Assembly: GCA_928721915.1 (NCBI GenBank)
Contig: CAKMVZ010000003.1
Coordinates: 116,334-180,333 of the forward strand
Direction of reading: 5' to 3'
From: an uncultured Clostridia bacterium
GTDB lineage: Bacteria; Bacillota; Clostridia; TANB77; CAG-508
DNA: 64,000 bases
The notes under the pieces: model-generated
Seen by the model: only the letters and a program-made list of their open reading frames with translations
What the model was told of the DNA's origin: nothing
Databases searched by the model: none
Part shown: positions 20,001 through 27,558 of the stretch, piece by piece
Position numbering within the stretch: position 1 is the stretch's first letter
Layout of the letters: each line of letters begins with the position of its first letter
Translations under genes and position numbers: made by a program

Positions 20001-20870
20001 TCTTGGTGGTATGTTATTTGTTCCCTCATTTCCATTACCCCTTTCAATTTGATTTTCATTTTCTTTAATTTCATGATACACTTCATTTTTATTATTAACA
20101 AATGTGTGAGATTTATTTTTTTCTTTCTTTAAATCTAATACTGTAGTATAAATTTCATGTAATTCTACTTCTGCAATATCACTTGTTGCAATACCTAATC
20201 TTGATATAACTTCAGTTGTATTAAAATTTACAATATTTCTAAAATCTTCTACATCAAAATATTCTTTTGGATCAATACCACATCTTTTTAATACCATATA
20301 AGAAATAGAATTTTTAATCATATTTTTGAAATATAATTCAAGATTTAGCTCATCTAATTCTTCAAGATAACTATTATTTACTATTGAAGTAAAGTCAGAA
20401 TAATAATCTTGAAAATTATCTTCTACAAGATTTGTTACAGAATTAATAATACTATCTGCTAGATTATTTTTATTTTCTAAATCTCCAAATCTATTTTCTA
20501 ATGTTTCTATTATTTCATTTTGCATATCATCTTCTACTTGCCAAACATAAACATTCCTATTAAATTTATCGTAAGTATCAGATATATCAAAAATATGTCT
20601 TAATCCTTGAACACCATTATCATTTGTAATTAATGCTATACCTTTAGAACCTTTTTTAATCCATCTATGAAGTCTTTTATTCCAAGTATCTATATCAGTA
20701 CAGACTGTTGCATCAGGTCGTTGAGCATAAATCAATATTTGCTCATTAAAAGAATATTTGTAATTATTAGAAGCGGTATCTAGAAAAGACAACCAATTTT
20801 CAGGAGTATTTGTAATTTCTTTTGTTACATTATTTGATAACTCTGTTATCAGTTGCATTTTATTAGGCAT
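14004..20870 (-). CDS. polyvalent protein: ArdC-like N domain + linker + N6-adenine DNA methyltransferase + SNF2/DEAD helicase + C-terminal coiled coil
   Basis: 2288 aa. N-terminal YSFNEQILIYAQRPDATVCTDIDTWNKRLHRWIKKGSKGIALI (ArdC-N-like). MTase motif I ILEPSCGIGNFFG and motif IV GNVPFGD. Helicase motifs AHEVGAGKT, VDEAHNYKN and QRNGRMIRQG. Confidence 0.85.
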   Translation of the reverse strand: MPNKMQLITELSNNVTKEITNTPENWLSFLDTASNNYKYSFNEQILIYAQRPDATVCTDIDTWNKRLHRWIKKGSKGIALITNDNGVQGLRHIFDISDTYDKFNRNVYVWQVEDDMQNEIIETLENRFGDLENKNNLADSIINSVTNLVEDNFQDYYSDFTSIVNNSYLEELDELNLELYFKNMIKNSISYMVLKRCGIDPKEYFDVEDFRNIVNFNTTEVISRLGIATSDIAEVELHEIYTTVLDLKKEKNKSHTFVNNKNEVYHEIKENENQIERGNGNEGTNNIPPRGRLSDTRPSDARTKESSTRDIRKNEGEIYQGKQEGTIHRTNDERNSYTTSSGNREISFEQNGTNNQSIGETKQSGRTNESSRPNDLGGIHEQLQESSTRNSDAGVNLQLNLFTNNRTEEQQKELINDLEAEQSSVFTFTQEMIDNALTEGSHFENGKFRIYKQFMQSMSSEENIKFLKYEYGIGGASSIKGFEDIGIDFNAKGITLNNGYKADSKEILLSWAKVEKRIKELIMTDRYLSIDEVDKYLEWEQNEYPHQKWMFERAQGNNSANTLEDSEEDISNLDKNYRLNDGNIFHFHTNEEGYYYEIYNKFGFEQDGGLLEYSDNEENETLMRIRKRLAEFTDIEELANENLKEISQEEFDEVLSRQEDIKQAQKVTDLFKAREENGKPLDREEYYKQQENQQEKINYHIDNDNLGEGTPRQKVLRNIEAIKLLNKLENENRLANKEEQEVLSQYVGWGGLPDVFDETKDNWHEEYMELKSLLTDEEYSNARASTLTAFYTPPIVIKSMYQALSNMGLQDANILEPSCGIGNFFGLLPQEMQNSKLYGVELDSITGRIAKQLYQKADIKVMGYEKTNLPDSFYDVAIGNVPFGDFPVLDKRYDKNKFMIHDYFFAKTLDKVRPGGIIAFITSKGTMDKENPEVRKYIAQRANLIGAIRLPENTFTKNAGTKVTSDIIFLQKRDNMTDIMPDWVYLDKDENNITMNKYFVDNPNMILGNMEMTSTQFGYDSTCKPYDDRTLEQALEQAIPNLNATIKDYQVENEYEDTDKSIPADPNVKNFSYTIVDGKIYFRENSKMHPQDIPLTSENRIKGMIRLREQVRELIDLQMEDYSDEEIHVSQTKLNDLYDRFTKEYGLINSRANATAFQNDSSYFLLCSLEKLDGEGNFKGKADIFTKRTIKAYKQVDKVDTSEEALILSLSEKAVVDLDYMSELTDKSKEDIIKDLEGIIFKIPNEDKYVAADEYLSGNVREKLKIAEQALLDDSSYQINVDRLKEVVPKDLSASEIGIKLGAIWIPTDIVRQFMFELLDTPSYNRYDIKVRYNDFTSEWYIDNKSSDRSNVKAYSTYGTGRINAYKIIEQTLNLKDVKIFDTIIDEEGRKQRVLNKKETAIAQAKQDSIKQAFLDWVWQEPERREKLTRLYNDRFNSIRPREYDGSHLNFVGMNPEIKLRPHQVNAIAHVLYGNNVLLAHEVGAGKTFEMVASAMESKRLGLCNKSLFVVPNHIIEQFASEFLQLYPSANILVATKKDFETKNRKKFCSRIATGDYDAVIIGHSQFEKIPMSIERQREQLEQQISDILKGIDIAKRERGENFTIKQLEKSRRILENKLEKLNTQDRKDDVVTFEELGIDKLFVDEAHNYKNLFLYTKMRNVGGIAQTEAQKSSDLFMKCRYLDEITNGKGTVFATGTPVSNSMVELYTMQRYLQYDGLRNQGLEHFDNWASTFGETVTAIELAPEGTGYRSKTRFAKFHNLPELIALFKEVADIQTADTLNLPTPEVENHNIVVKPSEIQKDMVKELGERAERIRNGSVDANIDNMLKITNEGRKLALDQRLINPLLEDADTSKVKTCVDNIYDIYTKGQDNKLTQLVFCDLSTPKDNKGYEQDGFLDAYNDIKKKLIEKGIPDNEIAFIHEADSEAKKKELFSKVRTGDVRVLIGSTQKMGAGTNVQDRLIALHHLDCPWRPSDLTQRNGRMIRQGNQNEKVHVYSYVTEGTFDAYLYQLVEQKQKFISQIMTSKTPMRTMEDIDEKALSYGEIKALATGNPKILEKTNLDSEVAKLKLLKQNFMSQKYDLQDKTLKYFPQEIAKSNERIAAMEEDIVKLQEYTKPNADGFSPMKFDNQTYSDKENAGKKLLECCKELKSMEEKEIGEYRGFKMKLAFNSFSKNFQLTLKNKYHYMVELGTDTFGNITRINNCLESIEKDIPGERDWIDNLNHQLENAKIEVQKEFPQEQELKDKEKRLEALNIELKLIEQDKELLGDEQEEKQEKSPNKNSPERC
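19673..20029 (-). CDS. TnpV-like protein encoded in the +1 frame inside the polyvalent gene
   Basis: ORF-track ORF 19673-20101 is on the same strand, shifted +1. The Met at 20029 is preceded by AAAGGGG with 8-nt spacing. The 118-aa product MREQITYHQEGDYQIPDLVMPEQ...DQMTWVGYMNNFKNQAQEIVMQELIYN matches my recollection of the TnpV family over its full length. Confidence 0.5.
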   Translation of the reverse strand: MREQITYHQEGDYQIPDLVMPEQKKVQLGTFARMREKYIKENKRGLYTELMMKGTLTQHLVEIEKSALNRMELIINQLAKQNKVDEQMKAQDQMTWVGYMNNFKNQAQEIVMQELIYN

Positions 20871-20873
20871 CTG

Positions 20874-21212
20874 CTACTCCTCCTTATTTTGTTTTCTTTT
20901 AAATGTTTCCTCTCTTAATTCTTCAAAATAATCTCTGCTAGGCATATAATTAACAAAATCCAATAACTGGTTAAGCAAAAACTTAATTTCTATTGGAAAT
21001 AAACTAACAATTGCTTTTTCTTCAGTGTCTTGTTCTCTTTTATCTAATACAGATGCATACTTTACTAATTTTTCTTTTAGTTCAGTAGCTCTTGTACTTT
21101 TTTCTTCATCATTTCTTCTTTCGTTTAGTGATAATACCTCACATAATTTGTTATATTCTTCTTTATTTAAAAATAATTTAGTTGGTTGTATTTTTTCTTT
21201 ATTATTGTTCAT
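20874..21212 (-). CDS. hypothetical protein
   Basis: 112-aa charged ORF; its stop lies 3 nt before the polyvalent gene start. Confidence 0.45.
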   Translation of the reverse strand: MNNNKEKIQPTKLFLNKEEYNKLCEVLSLNERRNDEEKSTRATELKEKLVKYASVLDKREQDTEEKAIVSLFPIEIKFLLNQLLDFVNYMPSRDYFEELREETFKRKQNKEE

Positions 21213-21438
21213 TATTATTTTCAGTCCTTTCTATAATATTTAAATCTTCATTAAAATAATCTAAAGGATTACCAGATTTTATACATTTTCTTAAAAATAA
21301 TATATTTTGAAAATCGACATTATCTATTATTCCTTCAAGATCTTCTAATTGAAGTTTAGTAACATCTTTTGAGTTACTCTTTTTTATCATTCTTAATTTG
21401 TTATATGTTTCTAATCTTAAATTCCTTTTTCTAGGCAT
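21202..21438 (-). CDS. hypothetical protein
   Basis: 78-aa ORF overlapping the next gene by 11 nt. Confidence 0.4.
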   Translation of the reverse strand: MPRKRNLRLETYNKLRMIKKSNSKDVTKLQLEDLEGIIDNVDFQNILFLRKCIKSGNPLDYFNEDLNIIERTENNNEQ

Positions 21439-21459
21439 TTTATCCCTCCCTTATAATAT

Positions 21460-22119
21460 CTAAAATTTTTCGTCTCGCCACATATAATCTTTTCCTTTAA
21501 TAAATTCAAAGGCGTTTTGTTTGTAGAACTTTATTAATTTGCTATGAAGTAGTTCTTTATTTTGATTTTTATCAGAAATATTTTGAAGTCTTCTTTGGTT
21601 TGTTAATACTCTAGATTTTGGTAATAGTATTGTTTTAGTAATTACTTCACTCGCATAATAAAATAAAATATCCTGTAATTCTGAAATAACATAGCTACCA
21701 ATTCCGCAATTTCTAAATTTCTTATAAATATAAAAATCTGAAACATAGCAAATACAATCCTCGTCATTTGCATATTCTTCTTTAAATTTTCTATTTTTTC
21801 CTATTAAAGAAGATGCCATATCAGATAATTCTTGACTATGTGCATCACACACATCAAGGAAATCAGAATATTCCATAAATTCTTCAGGCAAAATAAAGTA
21901 GCCTTCCATAAAACCTGCTTTTGTATCAATATCGTTTTCTAAATCCGAAACATATATATCAATAAAGAATTTGACTATAAATCTAGTATAATCTTCCATG
22001 TCATCAAGAGAAAAACGAATTCTATCTTGTAAATAACTTAAATCATTTTTTACAATATGGACTTTAAATGAAATGCTATCTCCATATCCTAACTTTTTTA
22101 ATTTTTTTATATTAAACAT
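21460..22119 (-). CDS. GNAT-like acetyltransferase-fold protein
   Basis: 219 aa. Candidate acetyl-CoA motif A FRNCGIGSYVISELQ (R-x-x-G-x-G). Confidence 0.45.
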   Translation of the reverse strand: MFNIKKLKKLGYGDSISFKVHIVKNDLSYLQDRIRFSLDDMEDYTRFIVKFFIDIYVSDLENDIDTKAGFMEGYFILPEEFMEYSDFLDVCDAHSQELSDMASSLIGKNRKFKEEYANDEDCICYVSDFYIYKKFRNCGIGSYVISELQDILFYYASEVITKTILLPKSRVLTNQRRLQNISDKNQNKELLHSKLIKFYKQNAFEFIKGKDYMWRDEKF

Positions 22120-22177
22120 TTAAACCATCCTTTCAAAATAATTAGAGAGCTAGAATAATCTAACTCTCTAATCTATG

Positions 22178-25100
22178 TTATTTATTATCTTTATTTTTCT
22201 TATATAGTTTTATAGCAAGTAAAATGATTCCTAAAATAGATAAAATCATTATTCCTGCAATTAATTCTATATGAGATTCATCTCCCGTATTAGGAGTTTC
22301 GATAGGAGCATTTTCAAACTCAAAATTATAGATGTTTTCTTTTTCTTCTATCTCTTTGTCATCTGCAAATACACCTTTATCATTAATCTCTATTTTAATA
22401 ATTTTATCTGATTTGTTATAACCTTTTGGTGCTGTTATTTCTTTAACATAGTATATTCCATATCTTAAATCGTCAAATAGAATTGTTCCATTTTCTTTAT
22501 CAGAATCTACTTGCATTATTAATTCTTTACATTCTTCATCTTTATATAAACCAAATGTAAATTTTTCTTTTATTACTTCTTTTGATTTACTATCTATTTT
22601 AGTAAGTTGAATATCTTTTAAAATTGGCATATCCTTCATTTCAACTTTTTGTGTTTCTTTATCAGTAGTTACTTCAAATTCGATTTTTTCTGTTAGTTCA
22701 AAACCATAAGGAGCTGTTTTCTCAATTAATGTGTATTTTTTACCTTCTTCAAGTCCTGGAACTTTATGTGGCTCTTTTGTTGAAGTCCATTCATCAATAA
22801 TATTACCTTCTTCATCTATTACTTGTAATTCAGCACCTTCAATTTCTTCTCCAGTTACTAAATCAGTTTTAACAATTTCTACTAACTTATCTATCATAAC
22901 AACTTTTTGTGTTTCTTTATCAGTAGTTACTTTAAACTCAATATCAGATGCTTTAACATAATCTCCAATAGCAACTTCTTCATGTAGTTTGTATGTTTCT
23001 CCTTCAGTAAGTCCTGTTACTTTATGTGGTTCTTTTGTAGAAGTCCATTCGTCAATTACATTACCATCTTTATCTAATACTTGAAGTTTTGCTCCTTCTA
23101 TTTCTTTACCTGCAATATCTTCTTTTGAGATTACAACTACTTTGTCTATTAATTCTATATGTTGATTTTCCTTATCAGTAGTTACTTCAAATTCAACATC
23201 AGTAGCTTTAACAAATCCATCAGGTGCAACTTCTTCATGTAAAGTATATTTTTTGCCTTCTTCTAACCCATTAATCTTGTGTTCTTCTTTACCAGATGTC
23301 CATTCATCAACAATATTACCGTCTTCATCAAAGACTTTTATTTCTGCACCTTCGACTTCTTCGCCACCAATATCAACTTTTGACATATCTACTATTTTAT
23401 CTTTCATTTGAACATGTTGTACCTCTTTAGTATTTTTAACTTTAAATGTTATTGAAGTAGCTTTAACATATCCATCTGGAGCTATTTCCTCTGTCATAGT
23501 ATATTCATTTCCTACAACTAATCCCTCGATTGTATGTTTATTTTCAGTAGAAGTCCATTCGTCAATTACATTACCATTATTATCTGTAACTTTTAATTTT
23601 GCTCCAGGTAATTCTTTATCTCCAGTAACATCAGTTTTAGAAAAATCAAATAAAGTTGTATCATTTGAAATATCTAATTTTACTTCATATACTTTTGTTA
23701 CTAAATCTTTTTGTTCAAACTTAACTTCATATACTTTATCATTTAAAACTAATCTATCAAGTGTTTTAGTTTCTTGTATTTCATATACTCCCATTGGTAG
23801 TTCTTCAACTTTTAATTTTCCGTCTTTATCAAGATTGTAAGTTTTAACTTCTTGTCCTTTTTTATAAATTATACTTCCATCTATTGGACTTATAATATTT
23901 TCTTTAGCAGATAACTTAAATTCAATACCTGATAAATCAGATGTATCTATTAATGAAGTATCTACATTTTCTCTTATAGCAATTTCTTTGTCTATAATTA
24001 AAGTACCAGTAGGTTGTCCATTTTTAACAACTACTTCTACAATAGGATCTCCATCTTGGTCTTTATCAAAATCTCTAATACCTTCAATTTTGAATTTAAC
24101 ACTTTTTTCTAATTGTAAAAATCCCTTTGGAGTTTTTATTTCATCTATTTCATAGCTTCCAACAGGTAATTGTAATGGAATAGTTATGCTTCCCAAATTA
24201 TCTAATTTATCATTATAGCTATTTTCAGGAACAATTATGTTTTGAGCATTTGTTGTAAATGAATCAAAAGTTGTTCTACCTAATTTTTGAGTAATATATT
24301 CTCCTTTTTTCCATAAGATTTTCTTTGTTGCTCTGTCATATATATCTTCTTGAGCTTTTATTTTAAATGTAGCACTATTCAAAACTACAGTCTTATTAGT
24401 TTTTAAATCTTTCTTTATTAATTTTACATAGCTTTCTAATTGCTCGTTGTTTACCACTAAATGTTTTGATTTTTGAGCAACTTCTTGTACTTCTGTTTCA
24501 TCTTGTGTAATTGAAAATGTAAAATCAACTGCTGTTTCATAATCTTTTGGAGTAACAGTCTCCTTTACAATATATTTACCATAAGGTAAGTTCTTTTGTG
24601 TATAAGCATTACCATCTTTATCAGTTGTAATTCGTGCATAAGTTGGAGCTATCGTTTGAGCTTCTTGTACTCTTTTGCTATCGACTTCAACTTTATTGCC
24701 CAACTCATCTACTCCATTCCATACCTCTGCATAAGTATATCCTTTTGAATATGCTTCTTCTACTAATCTATTTAATTTAATAGTAAATTCAGCGCCTTCT
24801 AATCCTGGAGTTTCTCCCGAATTAACTTTAATACCACTTTTGAAAATGTGAACTTGCATTTTCTTTACTTCTTCATTACTTATTACTTTATCAGAAATAA
24901 TAGGTGTAACTTGGTCTTTATATTTAAGTTCTACATTATAAGTAGTTTTATCTATTAAATAACCTTTTGAAGCTATTTTTTCTTTTACTATATATTTTCC
25001 TAAAGGTAAGTTTTCAACATCTTCTGTTGTTCCTTTTTCATTCATTGTTCTTGTAGCTACTAAATCTCCTTTAGAATAGAATTTCTTTGTTTTAGCAACA

Positions 25101-26701
25101 TTGTATATATCTTCATTTGCAAATACTTCATAAGTTGCATCAGTAAATACTGCATCTCCTTGAGGAATAGATCCTGTTTCTTTATCTTTCTTTTCAATAG
25201 TTATTTTTCCTCTTGGTTCTTTATCTAATACACCTTCTACTTTTATTTCAATAACAGGAGTTTTATCATCTTTATATTCTAAATTTGCAGGAAATTCTGT
25301 TGTATTTAACAAGTATCCTGTTGGAACTTTTACTTCTTTAACAATATATTTTCCTAATGGAAGTCCTGTTTTAGATGCTTTTCCTGTATTAATATCTGTA
25401 GTGATAGTATCTACAACTTGACCTTTTGTATAATATGTTTTGGTTTTAGCAACATTTGTAATGTTTTCATTTGCAATAATTTGAAAATCAGCTCCACCTA
25501 CTTTATCATTATTTTCACTTACTTTATATACATATATCTCTCCAGTAGGTTCATTGTTTTTAAATTCAACACTTGCAGTTTGTCCTGCAACTACATTAAC
25601 ACTTTTAACAGAATTATCAATTAAATATCCCTTTGGTACTGATGTTTCTTTTACAAAATAAGAACCAGGTTTTAATTTTTCAAATGTTATTGTTCCATTA
25701 CTATTACTATTTCCACTACCAACTTTTCGAGTACATGCTTGGTCTTTATATAATTCAAAAGTACAATTTGCAACTGGATTTCCAATTGTATTTGTTTTCT
25801 TTACTTGAACTTTACCACTTTGTACTTCTACTGAAACACTAAATGTTGATGGATCAATAAAGTTTGAGAACATTAAGTTTTGAACTGAACCTGATGTAAA
25901 CTCAAAATAAACATAGTTAGACATTGTACCACTATTATAAGTAGCACCATTTGGCATTAATTCATAAATACCATAATCTCTTGTATTAAATTTTGCATTT
26001 GTAGTAGATGCATTTTCAGATACATTTACTCTTAATTCATTGCTACCATTATCATGAGAATAAGTTACTCCTCCAATATCTTTACTAAAAGATGGATAAT
26101 GAGCTAAAACACCATTAGTATCTGATAATGTTGTGCTTTCTCCAATGTTTACTTTATGACTTGAACCATTAAATGAAACATTGCTATGATATTGATTATA
26201 ATAACTCTGTGTTTGATTTAACCAACTTTCGTATTTACTTGATGACATATAACTTGAGTTCCAGCTATCTCTTCCTGGAGCATTTCCTAATGTTTCCCAA
26301 ACATATTGTTGAGTACAAGCTGCTGCAACTTTAGCATCATGACTTCCAGGAAGTCCAATTCCATGATTCATTGCATAGCCAAAATAAATCATTTCAGCCA
26401 TATTTTGATATTCTGCTCTGTTCTCTTTAAATTGAGCTAAAAATTCATTACCATACTCATAATCTCTTCCTGTTGGAGATTTTTTACCATATTGAGTACA
26501 AAATAGTAAATATGTTGCACCATCATAATTTGCATAATGAAGTTCATGATTATATTCTCCTAAACTTCCACTAACAACTCCAAACTCTGCATTAGAGTTA
26601 ATATCTGTAATAAATGCAGCAAAAGCACTCATTGGTAATGAATTAATAATTAACAAAACTAGCATTATAACTGCTACAATTCTTTTAACTTTTACTTTCA
26701 T
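22178..26701 (-). CDS. cell-wall-anchored surface adhesin: signal peptide, putative thioester domain, many SpaA/Cna-B-type Ig-like domains, TPNTG sorting signal
   Basis: 1507 aa with an N-terminal signal peptide. FCTQYGKKSP and CTQQYVW resemble the Cys and Gln motifs of thioester domains. G.Y.VKE...P.GY modules recur. C-terminus is TPNTGD + hydrophobic helix + KKNKDNK. Confidence 0.8.
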   Translation of the reverse strand: MKVKVKRIVAVIMLVLLIINSLPMSAFAAFITDINSNAEFGVVSGSLGEYNHELHYANYDGATYLLFCTQYGKKSPTGRDYEYGNEFLAQFKENRAEYQNMAEMIYFGYAMNHGIGLPGSHDAKVAAACTQQYVWETLGNAPGRDSWNSSYMSSSKYESWLNQTQSYYNQYHSNVSFNGSSHKVNIGESTTLSDTNGVLAHYPSFSKDIGGVTYSHDNGSNELRVNVSENASTTNAKFNTRDYGIYELMPNGATYNSGTMSNYVYFEFTSGSVQNLMFSNFIDPSTFSVSVEVQSGKVQVKKTNTIGNPVANCTFELYKDQACTRKVGSGNSNSNGTITFEKLKPGSYFVKETSVPKGYLIDNSVKSVNVVAGQTASVEFKNNEPTGEIYVYKVSENNDKVGGADFQIIANENITNVAKTKTYYTKGQVVDTITTDINTGKASKTGLPLGKYIVKEVKVPTGYLLNTTEFPANLEYKDDKTPVIEIKVEGVLDKEPRGKITIEKKDKETGSIPQGDAVFTDATYEVFANEDIYNVAKTKKFYSKGDLVATRTMNEKGTTEDVENLPLGKYIVKEKIASKGYLIDKTTYNVELKYKDQVTPIISDKVISNEEVKKMQVHIFKSGIKVNSGETPGLEGAEFTIKLNRLVEEAYSKGYTYAEVWNGVDELGNKVEVDSKRVQEAQTIAPTYARITTDKDGNAYTQKNLPYGKYIVKETVTPKDYETAVDFTFSITQDETEVQEVAQKSKHLVVNNEQLESYVKLIKKDLKTNKTVVLNSATFKIKAQEDIYDRATKKILWKKGEYITQKLGRTTFDSFTTNAQNIIVPENSYNDKLDNLGSITIPLQLPVGSYEIDEIKTPKGFLQLEKSVKFKIEGIRDFDKDQDGDPIVEVVVKNGQPTGTLIIDKEIAIRENVDTSLIDTSDLSGIEFKLSAKENIISPIDGSIIYKKGQEVKTYNLDKDGKLKVEELPMGVYEIQETKTLDRLVLNDKVYEVKFEQKDLVTKVYEVKLDISNDTTLFDFSKTDVTGDKELPGAKLKVTDNNGNVIDEWTSTENKHTIEGLVVGNEYTMTEEIAPDGYVKATSITFKVKNTKEVQHVQMKDKIVDMSKVDIGGEEVEGAEIKVFDEDGNIVDEWTSGKEEHKINGLEEGKKYTLHEEVAPDGFVKATDVEFEVTTDKENQHIELIDKVVVISKEDIAGKEIEGAKLQVLDKDGNVIDEWTSTKEPHKVTGLTEGETYKLHEEVAIGDYVKASDIEFKVTTDKETQKVVMIDKLVEIVKTDLVTGEEIEGAELQVIDEEGNIIDEWTSTKEPHKVPGLEEGKKYTLIEKTAPYGFELTEKIEFEVTTDKETQKVEMKDMPILKDIQLTKIDSKSKEVIKEKFTFGLYKDEECKELIMQVDSDKENGTILFDDLRYGIYYVKEITAPKGYNKSDKIIKIEINDKGVFADDKEIEEKENIYNFEFENAPIETPNTGDESHIELIAGIMILSILGIILLAIKLYKKNKDNK
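22631..23650 (-). repeat. four tandem ~252-nt (about 84-aa) domain repeats within the adhesin gene
   Basis: Repeated units ...D..G.E.EGA.L.V.D.DGN.IDEWTS.KE.HK..GL.EG..Y.L.E..AP.G...A..IEF.VTTDKE.Q.... Confidence 0.75.
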
Positions 26702-26720
26702 TTCTAATCTTTCCTTTCCA

Positions 26721-26750
26721 CTAAAAAAAGAGCCTTTTACAGCTCTTTAA
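26721..26750 (-). terminator. Rho-independent terminator
   Basis: Minus strand AAAGAGC-tgtaaaag-GCTCTTT followed by a T run. Confidence 0.7.
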
Positions 26751-26765
26751 AAAATATTTATTTAA

Positions 26766-27356
26766 TTACTTTATAACCCAAAAATAATATAAACCACAAG
26801 CACATTGATCTACTTTAAATTGAGTTGAATCCCAACCTTTTGTATAATCTTCATAAGCCTTAAATGCTTCATCCCATGTTTTATAATAACCATGCTCATT
26901 AGCTCTATCTCCATATATATGAGTTTTTCCTCCATCAACACAATAAATTTTTTCTTCGTGTTTTTCTTCTTTTTTAGCAGGTGTTGTAGCAGGTTTTACT
27001 TCTTCTTTTGGTTCAGGTTCGCTTTTAGTTTCTACAACTGGTTGTTCTTGAACAGGAGTGGTTTTAATAGAATCACTTTTTAACTCATCCTTTTGAGTTT
27101 TATTTTCAGTAATTTTTTTTGAACTAATTTCTGGTTCTTTCTTTTCTTCTTGAATTTGAACACTATCATTTTCCTGTTCTTGCTTTTCATCAATTTGTTC
27201 AATTTTTTCAGCAATATTGTGATCTTCATTACTCGTTACTTGTTCAGATATTAGATTTTGAGTTACATCTTCATTTGTATTGTTTATATCTCCATCAATT
27301 GGTTTTGCAACTAAACTTGTTATAAGCATGATTAAAACTATAAATATTTTTTTCAT
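26766..27356 (-). CDS. secreted K/E-rich protein with Cys-containing C-terminal domain
   Basis: Signal peptide MKKIFIVLIMLITSLVA, a low-complexity linker, then C-terminal YCVDGGKTHIYG...CACGLYYFWV. The ATG at 27356 (GGAGAG RBS) is preferred over the track's TTG at 27362. Confidence 0.6.
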   Translation of the reverse strand: MKKIFIVLIMLITSLVAKPIDGDINNTNEDVTQNLISEQVTSNEDHNIAEKIEQIDEKQEQENDSVQIQEEKKEPEISSKKITENKTQKDELKSDSIKTTPVQEQPVVETKSEPEPKEEVKPATTPAKKEEKHEEKIYCVDGGKTHIYGDRANEHGYYKTWDEAFKAYEDYTKGWDSTQFKVDQCACGLYYFWVIK

Positions 27357-27558
27357 AATCAATCACTCTCCTTTAACCTTATTTTAACTGCATAAATCAA
27401 AAAATGGAAATGTGTCGATTAATTCATAAGCATCAACTCCTTTTATTAATTATTTTATATATTTAAATTATAAATATATATTCTCTTTTAGCTAGTAAAT
27501 AGCTAGTAATATAAAAGGGTTTGTAAGGGGAAAAATAGTAAAAGGTGTCCCCACCATC

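Noticed and set aside
20030-20101. N-terminal 24 codons of the track ORF 19673-20101 (MLIIKMKCIMKLKKMKIKLKGVME).
   Set aside because: A K/M/I-rich, low-complexity stretch with no resemblance to TnpV. The homologous part starts at the Met at 20029, which has a well-spaced AAAGGGG.
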